Assembly: GCA_964016885.1 (NCBI GenBank)
Contig: OZ024741.1
Span: 271,932,001-271,996,000 of the forward strand
DNA length: 64,000 nt
DNA from: Eledone cirrhosa
Lineage: Eukaryota
Direction of reading: 5' to 3'
Made by a program: the position numbers and the translations under genes
Shown: positions 13,376 to 24,585 of the stretch, piece after piece
Layout: each line of letters opens with the position of its first letter
Numbering within the stretch: position 1 is the first letter of the stretch
Notes under the pieces: generated by a model
What the model saw: the letters and a program-made list of their open reading frames with translations, nothing else
What the model was told of the DNA's origin: nothing
Database searches by the model: none

Positions 13376-13430
13376 GAGTTTGTCTGATGACCCTGTGATA
13401 AACAGACGAAACTCCAGAGTAACAAGACTC
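13376..13430 (+). ncRNA. Type I hammerhead ribozyme-like motif in a Penelope-type repeat
   Basis: gagt-ttgt CTGATGA cc-ctgt-gataa-acag-ac GAAA ctc-ca-gag TA acaa-g-actc: intact core, GUA site at 13419-13421; two mismatches at the base of helix II. A related decayed copy lies at 49540-49735. Confidence 0.55.
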
Positions 13431-14800
13431 ACTTCTTAGCCTTAATAAAATGAATATTAAAATTCTACTTCGGTATTGAGTACTCCTCTCTCTCAGCCGT
13501 CAATACGGATATATATATATATACACACACACACATTGGTTGTAGATTGATAGATGGAAACTGTACAGATGCCCATCAGCTAGACTGTACTTGTAATTCT
13601 AAAGTCATGCCGTGTCACATATTTTGTCATGGTGGTTCATCTAGGAGAATTACATTAAGAGTTCATATGTCTGTGGGATACTCAACCACTTATACAATAA
13701 TTCAAGGTGGATTGTACCAGTAATTCATTGACTCAGCCATGTCACATATTGTCATGCTGATTAAACTTGGGGCAAGGCTACATGTATTACTGGTATATTC
13801 AACCACTTAAACTATATGAGATGGATTATACTTGTAATTCACTGACGCAGCCATGTTACATATGCTGATGGACCGTCTTGAGAATTACGTTAAAGGTACA
13901 CGTGTTAGTAGAATACTCAACCATTTACATGTTACTTCAGGTGTTAGACATTGAGCTGATCATCAAACAACTGGTGAAGACTCTATCATGTCATATTTCA
14001 TATCAAAACAAAACCAAAAATAATTTTAAAAAACATGGGATTAAACCTAAAATAAAAATTCAAACTCAAATCAAAAATTCAACAATGGAACTTTAAAGAC
14101 TGATTATTATTATTTGCCTTTAAATTTAAATTTTAGTTTGAATTTTTTTTATTTGATTCTGTTTTTTCTTTTTTTTTTTTTCAATTTGGGTTTTCAAAAA
14201 TATATATTTTATTTGATAACAGAAGCTGAAAAAACTCATTTGAATAAAAAATGTTTTAATATGAATTGAAATTACCATCTAGTTTGTATCATTTTAATTT
14301 GAAATAAGTTAGAATATAAATTTTTTTTTTATTCTTCCTCACCTTGAGAGGGTCATGGGAGCAAAGTCCTCAAACTTCTTCCAGCTGGTCCTGTTAGAAG
14401 CAACTGTCTCCAACTGATCCAGCTAGATCCCCAAGAGAGACTAGCCAAGCTTGCAAGATGGTTGGATAGCATCCACGAGCTGAGCTGGTTTTGCTTGTGA
14501 GATTCAGCTGGATGTTGGAGACGATTGCTTCAGAGAGAACCTGCTGGAAGGAGTGCTTTAGGACTCTGCCCCCACTACCCTCTCAGGAATATGTGGGCGA
14601 AGAACTTTTTTTCTTTTTTTTTCAAATTCAGCAGTCTTAGTGAATTGTTGGTATTTTAAGATTTGCTTTGAATGCATTGTAAATTTTGTAAACAATTTTT
14701 TTATATTTTTTTTTTATAAATATATATATCTATGAAATTAACTTTTTTGTAATATTTTAAGCATTCTTTTTATATATTTGAATTGTTTTGTCCAGAAATC

Positions 14801-14880
14801 AATAAATGAAATTTTGTTTTTCATTTGGAGAAGGTGTTGTTTTTTTTTTTTTTTGTTTTTTTTTTTGTCTTTGATTTTTG
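14801..14880 (+). terminator. Candidate polyadenylation signal for the exon-A isoform
   Basis: AATAAA at 14801-14806 after a U-rich stretch and followed about 27 nt later by a GU/U-rich element (ggtgttgttttttt). AATAAA is common in this AT-rich DNA. Confidence 0.3.
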
Positions 14881-16594
14881 TCAGATTATGAATTTCTTAT
14901 TTCCTTGCATTTTACTGATTCTGAATTGAGGAGGCAAATTAGGAAGCTGATCTGAGTAAGAAGGTAGAGCTGTGGGATTTAGTAGTAAGGGTGTAGGATT
15001 AGATTATAAATCCGGTTTGATTCTTGGACTGGGTTGTGTGTTGTGTTCTCCAGTATAGCATCGTCATCATCATTAATGTCCATTTTTCCATGTTAGAATG
15101 GGTATACTCGGATGAAAATGAGTACTAGCAATAGCTTGGGGTTTAACCCTGCAATGGACTGGAGGCAGTCATTTACTCTGTCACTTCACCACTACAGAAA
15201 CCAGGATTAGCACTGACCTGATGAGCCTCTGGGCTTGAGACAGACTTTAGACTTTTTCTCTAAGTAAGAACTATATTTTAAAACAGTTCCAACTAAGGAC
15301 ATGCACAATCTGTACCTGACCAGATGAATTTCAATCAAGATTAGTCCATCTCTGCCAACTCACTCTCACTATAGCCTTTCCCCCATGTAGATTATTTTTT
15401 GGTTGTCTTTTGTCTTGTCTTTGGAGTTCTGTGTCCCCAAATCATCTCCAACCATAAGAATAACACTCCCATGAGTTGGACTGGCTTTTTTTTAGTGGAT
15501 TTCATTTGTAAACCTCTATGGTAACACATTTCCATGTCTGTTTCAAGGGACCATGAGGCAACATCCATCTAATGTTTTGCGAAGGACACAGTAAAGTGGT
15601 CGTGTAGGTGTCACGACAAAAAGCACCCAGCCCACACTGTAAGGTGGTCGTGTAGGAGTCACAACAAAAAGCACCCAGCCCTTACTGTAAAGTGGTCATT
15701 TAAGTGTCACAACAAAAAGTACCCAGCTCACACTGTAAATGTGGTTGGCATTAGGAAGGGCATCCAGCTGTAGAAACCCAGCCAGAAACAGTTCTATATG
15801 AGTAAGACATGGTCACCTGATCCAGCTTGTCTTAAATGGAGCAACCCATCTAACCCATGCTAGCGTGGTAAATGGACGTGAAATGATGATGTTAATGTTA
15901 TCAATTAATGTTTTTATTTTTACACAGCTGCCTGATTGTTCCAGTAGAATCTTATAACGGCTAATGAAATACTACAGAGCTCATTAATAATTTTAGTGCA
16001 GTGTCATATTGCTGAGGGTGGCGTGGGGGTAGTTGCAGCTTCCCCCTTCCAAAAAATTGTTGGAAAATTTAGTCATTTTTGTTGGAAAATTATGAACAAT
16101 CATCCGCATCTCCAAAAATGTTTGGAGTAAGATGCTTGTTTTAGCATAGCATTATTCATTATGAACTGGGTGGTGGAATGGTAGTATCGGTAGAGCATCG
16201 GACAACATGCTTTGTGGCATAGTTATGGCCCTTTACGTTCTGAGTTTAAATCTCTCTGAGGTTAGCTTTGCCTTTCACCCTTAAGTGGCCGGTAAAGTGC
16301 CAGTAACACACTCCCCCTTGGGTGGGATCCCTGTTATCACAAGGTGGGCCCCTAGCTGCTACTAGTACTAATTTCTTTCACCTAAGTGAAGAGGTTTTGA
16401 GCAATAAAAAAAAAATGAAGTGCCTGGCTCAAGGTCACAATATGCTGCCTGATCCAGGAATCAAACTCACAACTTTATGAGTTGAAGCTCAACAGCCTAA
16501 TCACTCGGTCATCTCCCTTCATTGTTAGGAAAGACACTCAAACTTAAGTCTGTGCTGGTTTATTAAGAGGCAAGTGACTCGTAAAAGGATTTCT

Positions 16595-17150
16595 AATTTT
16601 GGGAGTGTCCTTTTGCCACAGTCAATAAAACAGGTAATTTTGAGAGTGTCCTTTTGCAACAGTCAATAAAACCAGGTAATTTTGGGAGTGTCCTTTTGCC
16701 ACAGTCAATAAAACCAGGTAATTTTGGGAGTGTCCTTTTGCAACAGTCAATAAAACCAGGTTATTTTGGGAGTGTCCTTTTGCCACAGTCAATAAAACCA
16801 GGTTATTTTGGGAGTGTCCTTTTGCAACAGTCAATAAAACCAGGTAATTTTGGGAGTGTCCTTTTGCAACAGTCAATAAAACCAGGTAATTTTGGGAGTG
16901 TCCTTTTGCAACAGTCAATAAAACCAGGTAATTTGGGGAGTGTCCTTTTGCAACAGTCAATAAAACCAGGTAATTTTGGGAGTGTCCTTTTGTTACAGCT
17001 AATAAAAGCAGATAATTTTGGGAGTATCCTTTTGCAACAGTCAATAAAACCAGGTAATTTTGGGAGTATCATTTTGTCACAGCTAATAAAAGCAGATAAT
17101 TTAGGGAATAACTTTTTGTTACTGTTGGTAAAACCAGGTAATTTTACATA
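16595..17150. repeat. 42-bp minisatellite, about 13 units
   Basis: Unit gtcaataaaaccaggtaattttgggagtgtccttttgcaaca. Confidence 0.95.
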
Positions 17151-18429
17151 GGTAAAATATTATTTAACCCTTTAGTGTTCAAACCGGCCAAAATTCTCTA
17201 CCTCTTTCTGTTGAAACTGGCTGTAACTGGTCGCTCAAACTGATGTTAAGGAATTGTTCTCAAAATAAATACTTGCATAATATCGAATCTATGAGATTTT
17301 GAAAGATAATTATGTGAGGTAAAGACTTTACCATGGAAATATAATAGTATATATAAAATAATGTGAATGCTAAAGGGTTAATGGGCTTTAGACCAAATAA
17401 TGATTTCTGATTTAGGCACAAAGCCAACAATTTTTGTGGAGGGGAAAGTCAATTAAATTGACCCCAGTACATTAATGGTGCTTTATTTTATCAACTCCAT
17501 AAAGATGACGGGCAAAGCTAACCTTGGCAGGATTTGAACTCAAAATGCAATGGGCCGTAACTCCATGCTGAAAAGCATTTTGTCCGATGCTCTACCAATA
17601 CTGCCATTCCACCATTTAGACCAGATAATTAAATGAAATTTAATTTGGAAAATACAAATAGTTATTAACTTTAAATAAGATTTAACTCTTTTGATACCAA
17701 ACCAGCTGAAACTGCTCCTGGTTTTATCATACAAAACAGTTACGGTAACAAACATAAACACAAGTGTTTATATTTAAAAACCTTCCATCATAATTTCATC
17801 TAAGAACCAAATGTTCCAAATACCAGCTTATTTATAGAAAGTTATATCGCTAAATTCCTCCAAATTATTGATCTTCGACCACTTATTCCTGAGTGGGTCG
17901 TGGGGGAAGTCCTCAAACACAAAAATCAAAAACACCCAAATGAGCTATTTTTTCAATATATAAGTTAAATATTTGAATCTATTTCTTTATTACAAATCTG
18001 TTGTATGAAGAGGGTCTATTAGACTGAAAATTAGAATAAAACCATGTTTTCATCACTCAAACATTGTTGGGCCTTCAAGTTTGTATCAAATTTAAGATCA
18101 ATAAATGTTATAGTTCACTAATACAAACACTGAAATCATTCATAAGATAGTTTGGTGATGAAAGGGTTAACTTAATCATCTGTCTGGTCCCTCAACTTTC
18201 AGAGAAGATTAAACAATCTCTAATTACTTGACAATGAAACAACATACAATATTGGTAAGTGAAGGCTGGAGTCTGGGTTCAATCCTTGGTCCAAAACTAG
18301 TCTAGTTTCAATCCTCAACCCAAGACTGGGGTCTGGTTTCAATCCTTGGTCCAATTCAATGCATGTTCACATTTTACTTTTAAAAAAAAAAAACATATAC
18401 ATCACCACATTCTATTTTTTCTCCAAGGC

Positions 18430-18665
18430 AAAAAGCTCCCAGTCCTCCCTGTAAGGTGGTAATGTTAGAGCCACAAAAAAGCTCCCAGTCCTCCCTGTAA
18501 GGTTGTAATGTTAGAGCCACAAAAAAGCTCCCAGTCCTCCCTGTAAGGTGGTAATGTTAGAGCCACAAAAAAGCTCCCAGTCCTCCCTGTAAGGTGGTAA
18601 TGTTAGAGCCACAAAAAAGCTCCCAGTCCTCCCTGTAAGGTTAGAACCACAAAAATGTTCCCAGT
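18430..18665. repeat. 46-bp minisatellite related to the RTE 3'UTR unit
   Basis: Unit aaaaaagctcccagtcctccctgtaaggtggtaatgttagagccac, about 5 copies. Confidence 0.9.
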
Positions 18666-20304
18666 ACATGGATTGGCATTAGGGCGAGAAAACCAAACCT
18701 TAAATGGATTGAATGAGCTAGCTTTGGTCACCTGATCTGTCTAGTCCCATAACATGACATCTTATCTAATTTAATCAAGTACGAAAAATAGATATTAAAT
18801 GATGATTTGCAAATATATGTGGCTTTTCCATGTGTCAGATGTCTCTGGTATTATTTTACAATGGCTGTGTGGGCAAGCTACTGGTCGTGTAGTTATGTTT
18901 ATCCTGGATGTTACCTCTATGAGTAGGGGACAGGGGATATAGGCCTGTTTGGTCTAGTTATTCTGACTGATAAGACCCATTGCAACCTGTATGCTGGTCG
19001 TGCTGGTGACACAATAAAAAGCACCCAGTCCACACTGTAAATGTTGTTGGCATTAGGAAGGATATCCAGCCATAGAAACCAAGCCAGAAACAGTTCTGTA
19101 TCAGCCAGACATGGTCACCTGATCTGGCTTGTCTCACAACCGGATAATACTTCTAACCCATGCTAGCATGGAAAGTAGTTGTTAAACTGTGATAATGATA
19201 TATCATCATCACTGTTTAGCGTCCCTTTTTCCACACTAGCATGGGTTAAACGAGTTGTCCTGTTGTGAGAAATGCCAAGTCAAGTGACCTTGTCTTTCTC
19301 ACATATACATATATTCATCCATCCATCCAACCAAGTTAGAAATAGTTCTGTATCAGCAAGACATGGTCATCTGATCTGATTTGTCTCACAGCAGGATAAC
19401 TTGTCTAACCCAAGTTAGCTTGGAAAATAGACATTAAACAGTGATGTTGATGTAGATACATTTGTGTGATTTGAGAGATTTGTTTGCTATTTCTAGCATG
19501 TTGAACGACCATAAAGAGGCTCCCTCATTGAATCCCCAAGAAACTTAACTCTCATATAAATTACTACTAAGAAATGCTATCCATCTAACTTTAAATGAAT
19601 ACCTTGGAATGGTACAGACTACTTAGCTGTAAATACACTGGATTGAAATCTTTTGTAAGAGATATTTGACTGCTATTTCTAACAGGTTGAATGATCACAT
19701 ATACAATGCAGTGCTGTTAATATTAATAAACTGTCACCATCTTGGTTAATTAGATTCCCGGTTAACTTATCTTGGCTCTTTGTCATCGTATCAGCATCTT
19801 TTTTTTTTTTATTAGTTGCAGTCACAAGACTGCTACCATGCTGGAACATTACCTTGAAGAGATTTAATCAATCGTATAGGGTAGGGAAGGAGGGCTTTCC
19901 CATCAAGTCAGTCGTACAGAGTAGGGAGGGAGTGCTGTTGCATCAAGTCACTCATGTGAGAGGAAGGGCTGTTCCATCAAGTTAGTCATGCAGCGTAGGG
20001 AGGGAGGACTGTTCCAATAAGTCACTCATGCAGAGTAGGGAGGGAGGGCTGTTTCATTAAGTCACTTATGTGGAGAGTGCTGGTGACGTGATAAAATGCA
20101 CCTAGTACACTCTTTAAAGTTGTTGGTGTTAGGAAAGACATCTAACTGTAGAAACCATGTCGCTTCAGTCACAGACGCGTCAACCTCTCAAGTGATGGTA
20201 CCATGGAAAATACACTCAGTAAACTGGTTGATGTTAGGAAGGGCATATAGCTGAGAGGACTCTACAGTTGTGTCAATGGCACAGCACCCACTACACTCTG
20301 TAAA

Positions 20305-20665
20305 GTGTAGGAACACAAGTAGGTGATGTGGGGTTGTCAGTCTGTAGTGTAAGAACATGTAGGTGAGATGGGGTTCTTAACCTGTAGTCTAGGAACATAT
20401 GGGGGTCCTTAACCTGTAATGTAGGGGAGATGGGGTCGTCAGTTTGTAGTGTAGGAACATAAATGAGATGGGGTTGTCAGCCTGTAAAGTATAGGAGGAA
20501 CATGTAGGTGAGATGGGGTCGTCCCCTTGTAGTGTAGGAACATATAGATCAGATGGGGTTCTTAACCTGTAGTGTAGGAACATGTAGGGGAGATGGAGTC
20601 CTCAGCCTGTAGTGTAGGAACATGTAGAGAAATGAGGTCGTCAGTCTGTAGTGTAGGAATATGTT
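20305..20665. repeat. Degenerate ~36-bp minisatellite
   Basis: Unit approximately tgtagtgtaggaacatgtaggtgagatggggtcgtcagcc. Confidence 0.8.
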
Positions 20666-21032
20666 GACTTTTCCATGCTGGCATGAGTTGGAGTATATAT
20701 ATATATATACTCACACACATTCACAATCATGGGTTTATATAGACATTTAAAAAATGTATATAATAACAAATAATAAAAATGCATGGATATATATACATAT
20801 ATTATATCATTTTTTTTACATTGACTTTTTCATGCTGGCATAGGTTGGAGTATATATACACATACATGTATATACTTACACATATTCACAACTATGCATT
20901 TTAAAATCTGATTTTAAACCTTTATACATTTTCAACTTCAACTATTAATACGTATTTCATTGAATAGCTATCAAGAATTCTACCTAAAATTAATTTTCTA
21001 TACATTTCCTCTCTTTCTTTCTCTCTCTTCAG

Positions 21033-21266
21033 ATGGAGCAGTCATCTGTGAATACACATGCACAATTGAACACTATTGCTGACTATCAGACCCATTTCAA
21101 GCTGCGTGAGTCAAGTGGACGAGCTTTCGCTGAATTCCTCAATGAGAGGGTGTTCTTTTGGTCTATATGTGAGACGGTGGCAGTTGTCGTTGTTGGAATT
21201 GGACAGATCATAGTTCTGCATAGCTTCTTCACAGACAAACGTCCAGCTAACACGATACAGTCGTGA
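21033..21266 (+). CDS. TMED7: p24-gamma (TMED7/TMED3-like) terminal coding exon, copy B
   Basis: Strong pyrimidine tract ctctctttctttctctctcttcAG (AG at 21031-21032), then MEQSSV...DYQTHFKLRESSGRAFAEFLNERVFFWS...GQIIVLHSFFTDKRPANTIQS*. Same phase-0 boundary as copy A; ungapped alignment to it. Confidence 0.9.
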   Translation: MEQSSVNTHAQLNTIADYQTHFKLRESSGRAFAEFLNERVFFWSICETVAVVVVGIGQIIVLHSFFTDKRPANTIQS

Positions 21267-21432
21267 TAGCTGCCCTTAGGGCTTTTCCCTAAAATCTGTA
21301 TTGTTATCTAAATATATATATATGTATATATATATATTTCAAGCTCAACATCTCTCTCTCTCTCATAATATATGTATATACATATGTATAGGTGTATATA
21401 TATGTGTATATGTATATATATATATGTGTGTG

Positions 21433-21463
<31 letters not shown>

Positions 21464-21530
21464 GTGTGTGTATATATATATATATTTATATAAATATATG
21501 TATATGTGTGTATATATATATAGATGTATG

Positions 21531-21561
<31 letters not shown>

Positions 21562-22115
21562 TTATGTGTGTATGTATATATATATATATATATATATATA
21601 CACTTACATGCATACACATATACACTTACATACTACCATTTCATGATAAAATGTACGTTTTTAAAATAAAGTTTTCTCCACTGAAAAAAATGTTTTCATT
21701 ATTTGTTTGAAAAACTATAAATTTATCACATGATTTACTTGGCATATTAAAAGTTCTGTTATTTATTTAAAACTTTTCTTTACCATACCTCCTAATGCAG
21801 TGACTTGACAGAGTTGTTAGAATGTCAGTCCTTTGTGGCGCTCTGCTCTCTGAGTTCAAATCCTGCTCAGATCAACTTTGCCTTTCATCCATTTGAGGTT
21901 GATAAAAAAAAAAGTAGCAGTCTAGTGCTGGGGTTGATTCTTCTCCTATATCTCTTTCTTCCATACTCTCACTTTCTATACTTCTCTAGAAGAAATCTGC
22001 TATGTTCAGACCTGGAGAGGAGATGGGCTCTGCTAGGCTTAAAAATGCCCTAGAAACACTATGCCACTACAGCGCCCCCTACAACTCCCTTAGGAGTTGT
22101 GGGATCATACATACA

Positions 22116-23890
22116 TGTCAACTGCTACAAAGGTAAAGGTGATGCACTAGATAGAGGAAACTATAGAGGTATAAAGCTGATGAACCAGGTCATGAAAGTA
22201 ACAGAAAGAGTTATAGCACAGTTGATTAGGGACTGGGTGAAATTAGATGAGATGCAATTTGGGTTTGTACCAGGAAGAGGCACCACTGATGCCCTCTTCC
22301 TTGTGAGGCAGCTACAGGAAAAGTACCTAGCTAAAAGTAAGCCACTCTACCTGGCATTCGTCGATTTCGAGAAAGCCTTTGACAGAGATCCACGTGCTAT
22401 AATCTGGTGGGCTCTTAGAAAACTAGGAGTAGATGAATGGCTTGTGAAAGCTGTACAAGCCATGTATAGGGGAGCAATCAGCAAAGTTAGGATTAGCAAT
22501 GAGTATAGCGAGGAATTTAGCGTACAGGTTGGTATCCACCAGGGCTCTGTTCTTAGCCCTCTCCTGTTCATCATAGTCCTGCAGGCAATAACGGAGGAGT
22601 TTAAGACCAGATGTCCATGGGAACTCCTGTATGCAGATGACCTCGCACTTATAGCTGAATTTATGGTAGAACTAGAGAAGAAATTCCAAACTTGGAAGCA
22701 GGGACTAGAAAGAAAGGGTCTCAAGGTCAACATGACAAAGACTAAGGTCCTTGTAAGTAGATGAGAAAACAGAACCCAGATCCCCTCAGGGAAATGGCCT
22801 TGCTCAGTATGTAGGAAAAGTGTAGGTAGGAACTCCATTCTCTGCCCCAAATGCAAACAATGGGTACACAAGAGATGTAGCGGGATCTCAGGAAGCTTAA
22901 TTAAGAATGTAGGCTTCACATGTAGCAGCTGTGCTCGGACAGCAAGCAGCAAACAGCCACAGGAAACAAGTACCACCAATCTCTGGGAGGGCTCTGTAGA
23001 GACAGTAGACAGCTTCTGCTACCTAGGTGACCGAATTAGCAGCGGAGGTGGGTGTTCAGAAAGTACAATAACTAGGGTAAGAACGGGATGGAAGAAGTTC
23101 AGGGAACTACTACCACTGCTAGCTGCAAAAGGCTTCTCCCTCAAAATGAAAGGCAGACTGTATGATGCGTGTATCCGAACAGCAATGTTACATCGTAGTG
23201 AGACCTGGGTGCTGAAAGTGGAAGACTTACGTAGATTAGAGAGAAACGAAGCCTGCATGCTCCGATGGATGTGTAATAGTAATATACGTGAACGACAAAG
23301 CATATATGAATTGAGAGAGAGACTGAGTTTAAGAGGAATCAAATGCTGTGTGCAGGAGAGGCGGTTGCGTTGGTATGGACATGTGATGCGTATGAAGGAT
23401 GACAGCTGCATAAAAAGGTGCAGAGCACTAGAAGTCAATGGAAACCGCGGAGTGGGGAGACCTAATAAGACCTGGGATGAGGTGATAAAAGCCGACCTTA
23501 CCCAATTACACCTCTCAAAGGCGATGACACACGACCGTGACCTCTGGCGTCATGCAGTAATACAGAGTACCTGACCTCTCATGGGTACAAGCTGAAGCAT
23601 ATAGACAATATGCCCCCACACCCTCCCACTGCAAGGTGGTCGTGGAGGTGCCACGGCAAAAAAGCACCCAGCCCACACTGTAAAGTGGACGTGTAGGTGC
23701 CACGGAAAAAGCACCCAGCACTCACTGTAAATGAGGTTGGTGTTAGGAAGGGCATCCAGCTGTAGAAATCAAGCCAAATCAGTTCCTGTATGAGCAAGGC
23801 ATGGTCAGCCGACCAGACACTGCCCACAACAGGACAACCCGTCTAACCCATGCTAGCGTGGATGAACGGACGTAAAATGGTGATGATGAT
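22116..23890 (+). mobile_element. 5'-truncated copy of the same RTE LINE family
   Basis: Near-identical to 52747-54520. RT with YADD, premature TGA at 22762, same 3'UTR and GAT tail. Confidence 0.93.
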
Positions 23891-24282
23891 ATCTCCTAAT
23901 GAAAGGCACTATATTGTTTTCAAATCTGCAGTAGAAGTAGATCAAGAAAGACCTTGGCAGAAGTGGTGAGAGCTAACTTCAAATTGCTGAAACTCACAGA
24001 GAAGATGACAAAAGAACACAAGTGGAGAGAAAGACCCATTCAAGTGTGGAAAAATGGTCGTAAAAACAATGATAACGATGTTATGAGAAATAGCACCCAC
24101 AAGGTGGTACTGTTGGTGCTGCTATATAAAGCAAAGAAGGATGAAAAGCAAAGTTTTGACTATGACAGGATTTGAACACAATGTAAAAAAAAGACAGAAC
24201 AAATACCACAATGGCATTTTTTCGATGCTCTACCAATTCTGCCAACCATCACCCTCAGTCAATTTATTTAATATTTTAGAAT

Positions 24283-24585
24283 ACTGGCACTTCTTCATCC
24301 AGCTATCATTGTCCATGTATATCATATGTCCATACCAATGCAGTCTTCTCTCTTGCACACCACCTCGGATTCCTCTCAAACCCAACTTCTGTCTTTCTCT
24401 CACATTTACATTGCACATCCACTGAAGCATGGCTGCTTCTCTCAACGCTAAGCAAGTCCTCTGCAGTCACAGCCCATGTTTCACTACAATGAAGTATTGC
24501 ACTTCTCACACAGGCATCATACAGTTGTTCTTTTGTATGCAGAGAGAAACCTTTTGTAATCAACTGGGAGTAGCTCTCTAAACGT
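24283..24585 (-). mobile_element. Old RTE fragment
   Basis: KGFSL..K.QLYDACVRSAILH.SETW and LGLRGIR..VQERRLHWYGH in the minus-strand ORFs. Confidence 0.75.

Noticed and set aside
16622-17151. Repetitive ORFs on both strands (QQSIKPGNFGSVLL / LLTVAKGHSQNYLV)
   Set aside because: A 42-bp unit divisible by 3 keeps frames open by construction; no splice context or homology supports coding.
21301-21710. YI/CV-rich ORFs (also at 50172-50390 and 56793-57133)
   Set aside because: Translations of (TA)n/(TG)n microsatellites.
22347-23438. Long antisense ORFs over RTE copies (also at 52978-54096 and 38059-38505)
   Set aside because: Shadow frames of LINE ORF2, shared only because the copies are near-identical.
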